Positions 1 through 8,447 of a DNA stretch of 49,644 bases are shown piece after piece. Origin of the DNA: a virus (lineage: Duplodnaviria; Caudoviricetes); IMG/VR virus record IMGVR_UViG_3300017985_000026, positions 1 to 49,644 of that record. One strand, 5' to 3'. Each line of letters begins with the position of its first letter. Positions within the stretch are counted from its first letter, which is position 1. Position numbers and translations under genes: made by a program. The notes beneath the pieces are model-generated. The model did no database searches, was not told the origin of the DNA, and saw nothing but the letters and a program-made list of their open reading frames with translations.

Positions 1-225
1 CATGTGTACATAACAATCAGGACCAGGATTGGACAACGGAGCACCGCACAAGCAGTAGTCGCCGTCAAAATCACCTTCTTGGTTTAGGAAACGATCAAAC
101 TCGTCTAAGGAGGAACCCTCAAACTTAGCGTTGGCAAACTTCTCTGCCATTTCGTCGGACATGCCCATTGCAAGTCCTTCATCAAAAGCGTTCTCTAGGA
201 ACATTTCATTAAATATATTAGACAT
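1..225 (-). CDS. Hypothetical early protein, runs off the window edge (MSNIFNEMFLENAFDEG...YCLCGAPL...)
   Basis: Not in the ORF track; open frame read by hand from the ATG at 225, with AAGTGAGG SD upstream and a sigma70 promoter at 258-285. Confidence 0.75.
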   Translation of the reverse strand, partial: MSNIFNEMFLENAFDEGLAMGMSDEMAEKFANAKFEGSSLDEFDRFLNQEGDFDGDYCLCGAPLSNPGPDCYVHM

Positions 226-257
226 TTTTAACCTCACTTTTTTCTAACTATGCCACT

Positions 258-285
258 ATTATAGCATCTTTTCTGCAAATGTCAA
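258..285 (-). promoter_or_regulatory. Sigma70-type early promoter TTGACA-N16-TATAAT with TGn extended -10
   Basis: Minus strand reads gcTTGACAtttgcagaaaagatgcTATAAT. Confidence 0.85.
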
Positions 286-299
286 GCAGAATCAGCACA

Positions 300-458
300 T
301 TACCACAAGAAAAATGCTGTTTTTAACCACCCTAATATGATAAGAAAGGCAACAAAGCCTAAACAAATAACTGCCGCCTTGAACCCCACCTCAAGAACAG
401 TGGGGGCTAACTTAAAGGCGATATAAAAGAGTGCAATAAAACCGATAATTTCTAACAC
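300..458 (-). CDS. Small 52-aa membrane protein with two hydrophobic segments (MLEIIGFIALFYIAFKLAPTVLEVGFKAAVICLGFVAFLIILGWLKTAFFLW)
   Basis: Hand translation from GTG at 458, which overlaps the stop of the upstream gene, to TAA at 300; fills the gap exactly. Confidence 0.65.
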   Translation of the reverse strand: MLEIIGFIALFYIAFKLAPTVLEVGFKAAVICLGFVAFLIILGWLKTAFFLW

Positions 459-667
459 TAGTAAGCCTTACGAGCGCTTGGACACGCTTCGTTGTCTGAA
501 TAACCTTTACTGTACTCTACAATCTGCTGAGGAGTCATATCTTCTAACTCAACTCGTTCTGATTGATAAGTACCACCCACATAATAATGAGGGTTATAAC
601 CACGCTGGTAGTAGCTATCAGCTGCTCCGCGATCATATGGACTACCGTTACGCTTATCGTATGACAT
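458..667 (-). CDS. Hypothetical early protein (GSPYDRGAADSYY motif)
   Basis: ORF coupled to its neighbours; resembles small hypothetical proteins of T4-like aquatic phages. Confidence 0.75.
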   Translation of the reverse strand: MSYDKRNGSPYDRGAADSYYQRGYNPHYYVGGTYQSERVELEDMTPQQIVEYSKGYSDNEACPSARKAY

Positions 668-912
668 TATGCTGCCTCCGCTACAAGGTCAATTGCTTCT
701 TCAATCAAGTCACGTGCATCGTTATAATGATTGAAGCCGTATTCATCTGCAAAGTCAATGCTGGATGAACAGAAGATATCATCTGAATCGACATTAACTT
801 TAGCTTTAATTAGGAGTTTGGCAAGTCCAGTTGCAGTTTTAGAAGAACCAATCTTCTTCTGTTCTACACTGACTTCAACTTTACCGTTATCTGCACCAAA
901 ATAAACAAACAT
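667..912 (-). CDS. Hypothetical early protein
   Basis: Likely ATG at 912 after AAGTGAGG SD, directly downstream of the promoter at 955-983. Confidence 0.75.
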   Translation of the reverse strand: MFVYFGADNGKVEVSVEQKKIGSSKTATGLAKLLIKAKVNVDSDDIFCSSSIDFADEYGFNHYNDARDLIEEAIDLVAEAA

Positions 913-954
913 ATATTTCCTCACTTTTGCTACGTTTCTTTAGTTTATGTGTAT

Positions 955-983
955 ATTATGCACTCTTTTGGGCAAGAAGTCAA
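955..983 (-). promoter_or_regulatory. Sigma70-type early promoter TTGACT-N17-CATAAT
   Basis: Minus strand gcTTGACTtcttgcccaaaagagtgCATAAT; shares the flank caagcagaatcagcac with the promoter at 258-285. Confidence 0.8.
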
Positions 984-1053
984 GCAGAATCAGCACTTTT
1001 AGGCATTGCTAAGTGCTTGATTCTACTAGAGATGTGAAAAAAGTTGAATTTTT

Positions 1054-1494
1054 TTACTTGGATCTGACTGCAGACCAGCCGAAAACCCGTACAGCTGCCC
1101 ATGCACTCCAGCATTTCCAGGGGGCAACCACAGGCTCTGACTGTGCCATGGCATCTTTAAATACCAAATCGGCGGCTTGTCGTAGTTCTGACTTCATCTC
1201 GCTATCGCCATCGCGAATAGCTTTGTATAACACATCATGAATAACTGCTGCTCTAGCAACATCAAAAGGCGCAATAAACATCCAACCAGCTCTTGGTACT
1301 GATGCTAAATCAGTATCAAAACCTTTAGGGGCAGTAATTTTACCTTTAACAGTAATTCTAACGCCCAATCTTTTAAACTCTTTTACTTGACTTTCTGTTA
1401 ATACATCAGTATCGTAAGATAAAGCGGTGTTTAAAACCCACCTGCTAGGCGGAGTATATGTTGCGTCTAATAATCGATTAAATCGGCCCATCAT
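1054..1494 (-). CDS. DUF1353-like protein
   Basis: APKGFDTDLASVPR...AAVIHDVLY...ADLVFKDAM...WAAVRVFG signature; GGAGG SD; late promoter at 1526-1533. Confidence 0.8.
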   Translation of the reverse strand: MMGRFNRLLDATYTPPSRWVLNTALSYDTDVLTESQVKEFKRLGVRITVKGKITAPKGFDTDLASVPRAGWMFIAPFDVARAAVIHDVLYKAIRDGDSEMKSELRQAADLVFKDAMAQSEPVVAPWKCWSAWAAVRVFGWSAVRSK

Positions 1495-1503
1495 TTCCTC
1501 CAA

Positions 1504-1511
1504 TATAAATA
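1504..1511 (+). promoter_or_regulatory. T4-type late promoter TATAAATA for the plus-strand block
   Basis: Exact TATAAATA ending 33 nt before the ATG at 1544. Confidence 0.75.
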
Positions 1512-1525
1512 TGAATAAACCTATT

Positions 1526-1533
1526 TATTTATA
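1526..1533 (-). promoter_or_regulatory. T4-type late promoter TATAAATA for the DUF1353-like gene
   Basis: Exact TATTTATA on the plus strand. Confidence 0.7.
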
Positions 1534-1543
1534 AGGTACAAAT

Positions 1544-2887
1544 ATGGCAAATCTAAGTAAAGCAAACTTATTAAACAAGAAATACACAAGAGTCGTAACA
1601 TTAGTGTCTATGATTACTAAAAACACTCCTCTTAAATTAGAAAAAGGAGGTTCTGTTACAGTTAAAAAACTCAATATAGACGGCAAAGAGTATAAAGCAA
1701 ATACATCAGCAGCTACTCTTGTTAATGCTATTGAGAATTTAAAGGCAGCTAACTTCAAAATGTATGATGTAGCAGGCAAGGAATATCACAACGGCATGTT
1801 ACTTAAATCAGAAGAGTTTAAGTCTGGTGGTGAGATGGGAGAGAGAAAGTCTTACAACAAAGGCGATATGGCAGAGGGCATATTTGGTGCCGCTGTAGCT
1901 GCTAGATTTATTAATAAAAATCAAAGAGTATCTCCTTCTGATGTAGAGAAGGTGTTGCGTAAACTTAGCGCTAATCAAACCAAACAAGTCTTAAAATTTG
2001 ACTCACCCAACAAGAATCCTAAAATTAAGGATAAGGTGGTATTTACTTTAGGTTTAGCATTAAACAACATGAAAGCACTGACAGATCCTTCAATTAGAAA
2101 ACTCAAAGATATTCAAGACGTTGTAAATGCTGCATGTTCTTATGCAAATGGTATAACAGTTACACAATGGTCTAAAGAAGTATATGAGAACAATACCTTC
2201 AATGAGATACATGTATTGTCAGATGGATTAGAAGACCAAACAGGAACAAAGGTTGACGTTCGTGTCATGATATCTAATCATGATGGAGATATGCTTCCTG
2301 TAAACATCAACGTGTCATTAAAAGCAGGTGATGTGAAACAGTTTGGTCAAATGGGAGGCTCGAACTTTGAAACATTCCAAGATTTCTTTAAAGATCTATT
2401 TGGCATTACAATTACAGAACTTAGATCAAAATACGATGCTAAAATTAAGGCAGGCGATTTAAAAGGTGCCATTAGTGAAGTTTACAAAGGTGTAGAACCT
2501 AAAGTAACCAAATTATTATCACAAGACGATAAAAAGACATTGAAACATTTTGCTGATGCTATACAGTGGCACGCTACTCGTAACGAAGAATATGTAACTC
2601 TTGTTCAATTAAATCGCGGACAAGCTAAAATCTATACCTTTGACAACTTATTTAAAACATTTGATGCGTTATCTCCAATCAAAGGAGAGTATAAAAGAGG
2701 TAAAGAGAGAGGTACAGGCAAACCAGGACTTCCTCAAATAGATTTTATGACAAAAGACGGCACAACATTAATACGACTTAGAGTTAAAGGTGGAGACTAT
2801 AGAGCAGATGGCTCTCCATATTTCCGTAATATTATTGAAAAACTAGATGGATTAGGCAAATTGATTGCCAAATATGCTGATGAGTAA
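1544..2887 (+). CDS. Hypothetical protein with probable PD-(D/E)XK nuclease-like fold
   Basis: 447 aa; GDMAEG...TKVDVRV...INVSLKAG pattern resembles the restriction-endonuclease-like E...D...(S/E)xK motif. Confidence 0.5.
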   Translation: MANLSKANLLNKKYTRVVTLVSMITKNTPLKLEKGGSVTVKKLNIDGKEYKANTSAATLVNAIENLKAANFKMYDVAGKEYHNGMLLKSEEFKSGGEMGERKSYNKGDMAEGIFGAAVAARFINKNQRVSPSDVEKVLRKLSANQTKQVLKFDSPNKNPKIKDKVVFTLGLALNNMKALTDPSIRKLKDIQDVVNAACSYANGITVTQWSKEVYENNTFNEIHVLSDGLEDQTGTKVDVRVMISNHDGDMLPVNINVSLKAGDVKQFGQMGGSNFETFQDFFKDLFGITITELRSKYDAKIKAGDLKGAISEVYKGVEPKVTKLLSQDDKKTLKHFADAIQWHATRNEEYVTLVQLNRGQAKIYTFDNLFKTFDALSPIKGEYKRGKERGTGKPGLPQIDFMTKDGTTLIRLRVKGGDYRADGSPYFRNIIEKLDGLGKLIAKYADE

Positions 2888-3392
2888 CGCTTATAGACTC
2901 AAAAATCTTCTTACTGAAGAAGAAACCCAAGAGTTTTTAAACATGGCATATGAAACAGTCTGGAAAGATTATCATCTGGACGAAAATGGCCAAGTGTGGT
3001 TGCGTGATGGAGAAGAAAGCACCAATTACTTAGGTGTGCAAGTACAAGTAAATAGAACAATTATCAAGGTTGCTGGAAAATATGGAGTTAATAGAATATC
3101 AGGCTCAACCTTGATAAAATCTCGTCCAAATACACAAATAGATTGGCACACAGATCCTGACACAAGACAATCAATGTTTACAATTCCTCTTACTCCAGGC
3201 GTAAGAGAGTTTCATACAGAAGAAGGTGTTTTTAACTACGATTTTCCTGTTGTATGTAATACTCGTGTAGAGCATAAGGGAGTATATAAAGGTGAGAGTG
3301 GAGAAGATTCTTATGTATGGCAATTTTCTACAAGTGAAGAGTGGGACAGTTTAATACAAAGACTAAGAAGAAGGGATTTGATCGTTGACTAA
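2880..3392 (+). CDS. 2OG-Fe(II)/cupin-like oxygenase
   Basis: WHTD (HxD) plus distal H in NTRVEHKG. Confidence 0.55.
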   Translation: MSNAYRLKNLLTEEETQEFLNMAYETVWKDYHLDENGQVWLRDGEESTNYLGVQVQVNRTIIKVAGKYGVNRISGSTLIKSRPNTQIDWHTDPDTRQSMFTIPLTPGVREFHTEEGVFNYDFPVVCNTRVEHKGVYKGESGEDSYVWQFSTSEEWDSLIQRLRRRDLIVD

Positions 3393-3906
3393 TCTTTTTT
3401 TCTTATTCCAATGTCGCGATGGCTTATACATAGTAGACAGTAACCATGTACAAGATGTTCCAAAACCGCGTGAGTTAATCCGAAGAGTTTCAACTGTAGA
3501 ACAGTGTCGAGAAATAGCAGAACAAATTGGTTTACCTATCGTATCCGATACTGCTAGAAAGAGAACTAGAAAGCACACTGAAGAAGGCAGACAAAGAATT
3601 AGAGAAGCTAAACTAGGTGACAAACATCCTCACAAAGATGGTTTAAAAGATGAACACAAAGAAAGAATATCCAAGACTATGCAAGGTACTAGAGGCGGTG
3701 AGAATAATCCAATGTATGGCAGACGCCATAGAGTAAGCACTAGAGAAAAGATGCATGAGGCTTGGGTAAAGAGAGAAAGACGTTATTGGGTATGTGATCC
3801 AAATGGCAAAGCAACAACAATACCGAAGTCCCAACCGCTACCAGAGGGCTGGCAACGTGGTAGGTTCTTTGATCCCTACAAACCAGATACAGACGAGTTA
3901 TTATGA
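3385..3906 (+). CDS. NUMOD3-repeat DNA-binding protein with no obvious nuclease domain
   Basis: HTEEGRQRIREAKLG, EHKERISKTMQG and GENNPMYGRRHRVSTREKM motifs. Confidence 0.7.
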   Translation: MTNLFFLFQCRDGLYIVDSNHVQDVPKPRELIRRVSTVEQCREIAEQIGLPIVSDTARKRTRKHTEEGRQRIREAKLGDKHPHKDGLKDEHKERISKTMQGTRGGENNPMYGRRHRVSTREKMHEAWVKRERRYWVCDPNGKATTIPKSQPLPEGWQRGRFFDPYKPDTDELL

Positions 3907-3907
3907 A

Positions 3908-4333
3908 ATGCTTAAACAACTTTTATCATTAGATGATCCCGCAGCAGAACACATTGCTAAAGATCCTGTTAGAGGACATATACCAGCAATAGACAGAATT
4001 TCCAATAACAAGGAAGTTTATTATTGGGAAAAAGACGGAGAAGTAGCTGCTATGGTGTGTGTAGCACACTGTAGTCATGTTCCAGAAGATGAAGATGAGA
4101 TTAATAATGAGGGTACAGACTTTCCTATACTCTATACCATTTGGTCTTATTCTCATTTTGCTGGGAGAAGATTAGCACTCTCCGTTGTCGATCACTTTAG
4201 GCAATTAGGCATTGCCAAAGGTGTTTATACACTTAGCCCTAAAACAGACACTGCCAGAAGATTTCATATGGCAAACAGGGCTACATTATTTCGTGAGAAC
4301 GAAAACACATATAATTTTTATTACAAACTATGA
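3908..4333 (+). CDS. GNAT-like hypothetical protein
   Basis: ATG at 3908 right after the upstream stop; YTIWSY...AGRRL...TLSPKT..ARRFH pattern. Confidence 0.5.
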   Translation: MLKQLLSLDDPAAEHIAKDPVRGHIPAIDRISNNKEVYYWEKDGEVAAMVCVAHCSHVPEDEDEINNEGTDFPILYTIWSYSHFAGRRLALSVVDHFRQLGIAKGVYTLSPKTDTARRFHMANRATLFRENENTYNFYYKL

Positions 4334-4764
4334 AAATATTAATTTGCGGCTTACCAGGTTCTGGTAAATCTACGTTAGCAAAAGAATTGGCGTATCATTT
4401 CCTTTTGCCCCACCATAATGCTGACACCATCAGAGAACTATACGACGATTGGGATTTCTCTGAAGCAGGTAGATGGCGTCAGGCACTTCGTATGAAAGAA
4501 TATTATGGTATACTTGACTTTGTTTGTCCAACCGCTTATACTAGAGAGCTAGTACAAGCAGACTATATTATTTGGATGGATACTATCAAGGAAGGCAGGT
4601 TTGAAGATACTAATAAAATCTTCGAGCCTTTAGATAATTACAACATAAGGATAACAAAATGGATTGGACAAAACCAACTACGCAACTCCTTGGAAGGTTT
4701 CAACCCTGGCATAAAGGGCATACAGAACTTTTTAAGCGAGCAATTGACAAAACTGGCCAAGTAG
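4330..4764 (+). CDS. cysC: Adenylyl-sulfate (APS) kinase-like P-loop kinase
   Basis: GLPGSGKST P-loop, NADTIRE, DWDFSEAGR, DFVCPT, FEP motifs typical of CysC. Confidence 0.75.
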   Translation: MKILICGLPGSGKSTLAKELAYHFLLPHHNADTIRELYDDWDFSEAGRWRQALRMKEYYGILDFVCPTAYTRELVQADYIIWMDTIKEGRFEDTNKIFEPLDNYNIRITKWIGQNQLRNSLEGFNPGIKGIQNFLSEQLTKLAK

Positions 4765-5045
4765 CTATTTTACTCAGAGCTTCTGATGGGACAGATGAAA
4801 ACCCATACGACTTTGATCAACGTTCTACACAGATTGTAATCGCTCTAGCTAAAGAGGGATTTTATTCTGGCGAAGACTACACCATCATTAATGTACCTAA
4901 CATTGAACATATTACATATGGTAGAGATGTAGGTTACACCATTGAGCAAGAGAAGTTAGAAGACAATATCGAAGCAATTTCTGCTACTAATATCCGTAAA
5001 GGACTGCAACAAATTGCAGCCACTCACCCTAAGGTAGATGGATAG
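4659..5045 (+). CDS. Small HIGH-superfamily nucleotidyltransferase (possible minimal ATP sulfurylase)
   Basis: GRFQPWHKGH, YGRDVGY and ISATNIRK motifs; TAAGGA SD. Confidence 0.7.
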   Translation: MDWTKPTTQLLGRFQPWHKGHTELFKRAIDKTGQVAILLRASDGTDENPYDFDQRSTQIVIALAKEGFYSGEDYTIINVPNIEHITYGRDVGYTIEQEKLEDNIEAISATNIRKGLQQIAATHPKVDG

Positions 5046-5226
5046 CGTTAGTAAGACTATAGCAAAAACTCTTAGCTGGAGAATAGTCGCCACAGTCACT
5101 ACAATGATAACAGCTTGGATCATTGTAGGTGACTGGCGAGTAGGATTAGCGATAGGAACCGCAGAGTTCTTTATTAAGATGATTGTGTATTACATACACG
5201 AAAGATTGTGGACTAGGGGCGAATAA
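5038..5226 (+). CDS. DUF2061-like small membrane protein
   Basis: KTLSWRIVAT...YYIHERLW signature. Confidence 0.75.
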   Translation: MDSVSKTIAKTLSWRIVATVTTMITAWIIVGDWRVGLAIGTAEFFIKMIVYYIHERLWTRGE

Positions 5227-5830
5227 CTGTAAAGCCCTGCTTACTGACAACTTCAACTTCAGCATTAGGATACACTTCCTTAATAGCCTTTTGAGTACCT
5301 GGCCAATTAGGTGTGTTATCGTGTACACACATAATGCCTCCTTTGACGAGTCTGCGTTGCCAATATTCTAGAGCGTCTTTACATGCTTGGTAATTGTGAT
5401 CAGCGTCATAGAAGACACAATCTACCATAACATTCCATTCAAACTTTGGTGTAAAGAGCTTCTTTTGAACAGTGATATTATCAAAGCGCTCAGTGTTCTT
5501 TTTAAAGTTACTGTATTGCTCTTCACCGGTGCATTTAAACTGCTTCATGTGTTCCATTCTTTCGTCACTACCCATGTACTCAACGTTGAGTCCTGCTGCT
5601 TTTGCCTTGTTTAGTTCATCTTGGGTGGGACGTCGAGGGTTCAGTCCCTCAAACTTATCAATTGCATGGATTTTAAAGTCTTTATTATTAGCTTCAAATG
5701 CTTCAGCCCAGGCAACTGTACTCTTGCCTTGGAAACATCCAATCTCTACAAGAATACCTTTTTCTGGAAGTAGAGCTGAAACGACTGCATTAACTGCGAG
5801 GACATCGTCCTCGTAGAACATACCGATCAT
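5213..5830 (-). CDS. Class I SAM-dependent methyltransferase (Methyltransf_24-like)
   Basis: VEIGCFQGKST, AIDKF, FYDADHNY, GGIMCVHD. Confidence 0.85.
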   Translation of the reverse strand: MIGMFYEDDVLAVNAVVSALLPEKGILVEIGCFQGKSTVAWAEAFEANNKDFKIHAIDKFEGLNPRRPTQDELNKAKAAGLNVEYMGSDERMEHMKQFKCTGEEQYSNFKKNTERFDNITVQKKLFTPKFEWNVMVDCVFYDADHNYQACKDALEYWQRRLVKGGIMCVHDNTPNWPGTQKAIKEVYPNAEVEVVSKQGFTVIRP

Positions 5831-5835
5831 GTATT

Positions 5836-6342
5836 TTATACCTTTTTAGCTGCTGCCTTAGTCTTTCGACTTCTTTTTGCTTTTGGTTTTTCGGGTTTGT
5901 TGTACTCTGTGATACCTAGAAGTGGTAACATGCCTTCAAGTTTAGGGTACATGTCTAACAGTTTACCATCTTTAACTGCTGTTAGAACTTTTGCCTCTAA
6001 ATGATGCAGTCCTTCTAAAATTTGTACCCAATTAGATTCTTGTTTCCAAGTAGGTAGCTTTTTCATATTAGAACCAGGTTCCATGAACTGTCTAACACGT
6101 CTCCATTCTAATGTAAGAGTCGTCTCTCCCATACCGTCAGGAATATCTTCTTGAAGTTTAGTAGTAGAAGGCATACCTTCTGGCAAGCCCCAATCAGGTT
6201 TTTCAGCACCAACACCAATACGAACGATTGGTACTAGTGTTTGGTTAGTAGGGGCCCATTGTTTTAGTCTTGCGACTTGCTCTTCTGGGGTGTCGACTTT
6301 AAATACCCATTCAAAGCCTTCGTTGATTTGTCTGAATTTCAT
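5836..6342 (-). CDS. Conserved T4-like hypothetical protein downstream of RNase H
   Basis: ILEGLHHLEAKVL motif; late promoter at 6452-6459. Confidence 0.6.
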   Translation of the reverse strand: MKFRQINEGFEWVFKVDTPEEQVARLKQWAPTNQTLVPIVRIGVGAEKPDWGLPEGMPSTTKLQEDIPDGMGETTLTLEWRRVRQFMEPGSNMKKLPTWKQESNWVQILEGLHHLEAKVLTAVKDGKLLDMYPKLEGMLPLLGITEYNKPEKPKAKRSRKTKAAAKKV

Positions 6343-6353
6343 AGTGTCTCCAT

Positions 6354-7253
6354 TTAAAAATCTTCTATCACTTCCATCATTAGTTTCATTCTGTTCTTGA
6401 TGAAGTAGTTTAACAACTGGCTTCTATCGCCACCTTGTTGTCTTTCATAACTATTTATAATACTTTCTTTAATATCTTCTGGTGTCTTAGACAAGTCTAC
6501 TAGAAGTTGATTACGGTTAAACCCATGAGCCATCTCAGAGTTCACTACAAACTCCTCTGGCTTCATGCCTTTCCACTCTGCCAACAATGCCTTTCTAATA
6601 GGTCGTTGTCGTTTACCCTCAACAAATGTATCGTCTGCAGACAGCATATTAGGAATGCCGTCACCTTTATCGCCTGTAATAATATGTTCCATGAGAACTT
6701 TATCGGCAGGCTCTTTAATCTTAACCCACTTCTTAAATGCAGGAGCAAACTGTTTTACATTACTCCACTTCTGTAGCTGATTAAAGTCATGATCACCTGA
6801 GATAATAAGAAAAGGTTCAGGTGTGGGATCGTCAAACAATCCACCTACACTGTCCCCAGATGTTTGACTGTACTCTGCCAATGTACCAATAACATCATCG
6901 GCTTCAGCACCGTCTACATCAATTACAGGATAAGGAAAAAACTCCTCTAACTCTTGTCTAATGATGTGCAATGCATCAAATATAGTACTCCAATCAAGAG
7001 CGCTTTCTTCTCGCACTTTTTTGCGGTGAGATTTGTAGAAAGGGAACACTTTTCTGCGCCAATAGTGCCTGTTATCCATAGCAATTACTAGTTCACCATA
7101 TTCAGCACCAAACCTATTACGATAGGAACGTAATGTATTTAGAATCATATGCCTAAGTAGATTAACGTCTACATCTACACTGGCATCCTTACGGTGTCCA
7201 ATCTCTGCCATAAAGTTGGCAATGGCGACTTGATTAAAGTCTACAACAATCAT
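6354..7253 (-). CDS. rnh: T4-type RNase H (5'-3' exonuclease)
   Basis: MIVVDFNQ, YWRRKVFPFYK, EADDVIG, SGDHDFNQL, GDKGDGIPN. Confidence 0.95.
   Translation of the reverse strand: MIVVDFNQVAIANFMAEIGHRKDASVDVDVNLLRHMILNTLRSYRNRFGAEYGELVIAMDNRHYWRRKVFPFYKSHRKKVREESALDWSTIFDALHIIRQELEEFFPYPVIDVDGAEADDVIGTLAEYSQTSGDSVGGLFDDPTPEPFLIISGDHDFNQLQKWSNVKQFAPAFKKWVKIKEPADKVLMEHIITGDKGDGIPNMLSADDTFVEGKRQRPIRKALLAEWKGMKPEEFVVNSEMAHGFNRNQLLVDLSKTPEDIKESIINSYERQQGGDRSQLLNYFIKNRMKLMMEVIEDF
6452..6459 (-). promoter_or_regulatory. T4-type late promoter TATAAATA inside the 3' end of rnh
   Basis: Exact match about 110 nt upstream of the gene at 5836-6342. Confidence 0.5.
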
Positions 7254-8392
7254 TCTTTAATCCTCAAAATTACAGAGTTAGGTTGTACCCTAGTCTTAAC
7301 TGCCATCTTTTTACCACGGATATTATCCATGAACTTGTGCAAGCCATTGGCTCGTGCCTTCATAAATGCTGGCACCATCTCTTCAGGCTTTCTAATCGTC
7401 TTTTCGTAAGACTTAGAATCTGAATAGTTTTCAATAGCAGTGCCTTTAACACTGAGTCCGCCATCATACTCTGAGGCGTATACACAGAGTCGCTTACGTT
7501 TAACATCATACATCCAAACCTCAGTAGCACCAATAATTGCTACAGGGTTTACAGAGGCAATACCCAAGTCTTTATCCTCAGCTAGGTAGCGTAGTCGACG
7601 TACAAGTTTGTTCTTGTCTGTAGGACGCTTCTTCCTAATACGAGTAATTTTCTTGGCTGTCTTCTCATTCATTAGAAAGCCTTCACAAGCATCATAGAAC
7701 TCGATAATCTTTCTAACTGTAGTTACCTTTAGATTAGAAAAGCCTTCAAGTAGCTGCTTGTCCCAATCGCTAGGATCTTTTAACTGACGAACTTGCTGGA
7801 GTTCCACCATCTCGTCTTTGTATTTGCCTAACTCTGCAAACATTTTATTAATCTCAGCATTGTTTAGTTTAAAATCTCGCAATGCTGTGACACTCCGTAC
7901 ATTTTTACCGTCTACAATCTCATCAATACCCAACTCAACAAAGCACATTGCTTCATTTAAGTTCTCACGCATTGCCACAACCTTCTTAGGTTTAGGTGCG
8001 GGTGCGTCTTCAGTATCTTCTTCCCAACTAGACTTAGGGTTTGTTTTTGCTTTTTCTAGAAACTGTTGTAGTTTCTTATCAATATAGTTTCTAGCAGACT
8101 CTGTCATCCACCCTGTCTTAGAATGGACAAAACAATACTTGCCTACATGGTTAAAGTTCCAATCTGACAAAGTTAGAATAGCAGATATCTCTTCCTTAGT
8201 CAAACCAGAGTCTTTACGAAGCCAGGTTTTAAATGCTGCTCGTAGAATTTTGTCTGCGATTTCGTACCGGACAAAGTAATCAATATCTTTCCACTCTTGT
8301 TCTCGTTGAGTGTTGTCTTCAATTAATGCTAGCTTTACCCAATGAGGTTCAGTCATCACATAGGTGCTGCGTTTACGTTTAGTTTGTGCCAT
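7250..8392 (-). CDS. Conserved hypothetical protein
   Basis: 380-aa ORF with AAGGAG SD and its own sigma70 promoter; coupled to rnh. Confidence 0.75.
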   Translation of the reverse strand: MAQTKRKRSTYVMTEPHWVKLALIEDNTQREQEWKDIDYFVRYEIADKILRAAFKTWLRKDSGLTKEEISAILTLSDWNFNHVGKYCFVHSKTGWMTESARNYIDKKLQQFLEKAKTNPKSSWEEDTEDAPAPKPKKVVAMRENLNEAMCFVELGIDEIVDGKNVRSVTALRDFKLNNAEINKMFAELGKYKDEMVELQQVRQLKDPSDWDKQLLEGFSNLKVTTVRKIIEFYDACEGFLMNEKTAKKITRIRKKRPTDKNKLVRRLRYLAEDKDLGIASVNPVAIIGATEVWMYDVKRKRLCVYASEYDGGLSVKGTAIENYSDSKSYEKTIRKPEEMVPAFMKARANGLHKFMDNIRGKKMAVKTRVQPNSVILRIKE

Positions 8393-8418
8393 AGAAGGAC
8401 TCCTTTATTAATCTACTA

Positions 8419-8447
8419 ATTATAACATCGGTAGATCAGGATGTCAA
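8419..8447 (-). promoter_or_regulatory. Sigma70 promoter TTGACA-N17-TATAAT
   Basis: gcTTGACAtcctgatctaccgatgtTATAAT; an atctac/gtagat inverted repeat (8411-8436) spans the -10. Confidence 0.9.

Noticed and set aside
4638-4764. Programmed -1 frameshift fusing CysC with the nucleotidyltransferase (106-nt overlap)
   Set aside because: No clear X XXY YYZ slippery site; the downstream gene has its own TAAGGA SD and ATG, and an in-frame stop lies only 7 codons upstream of it
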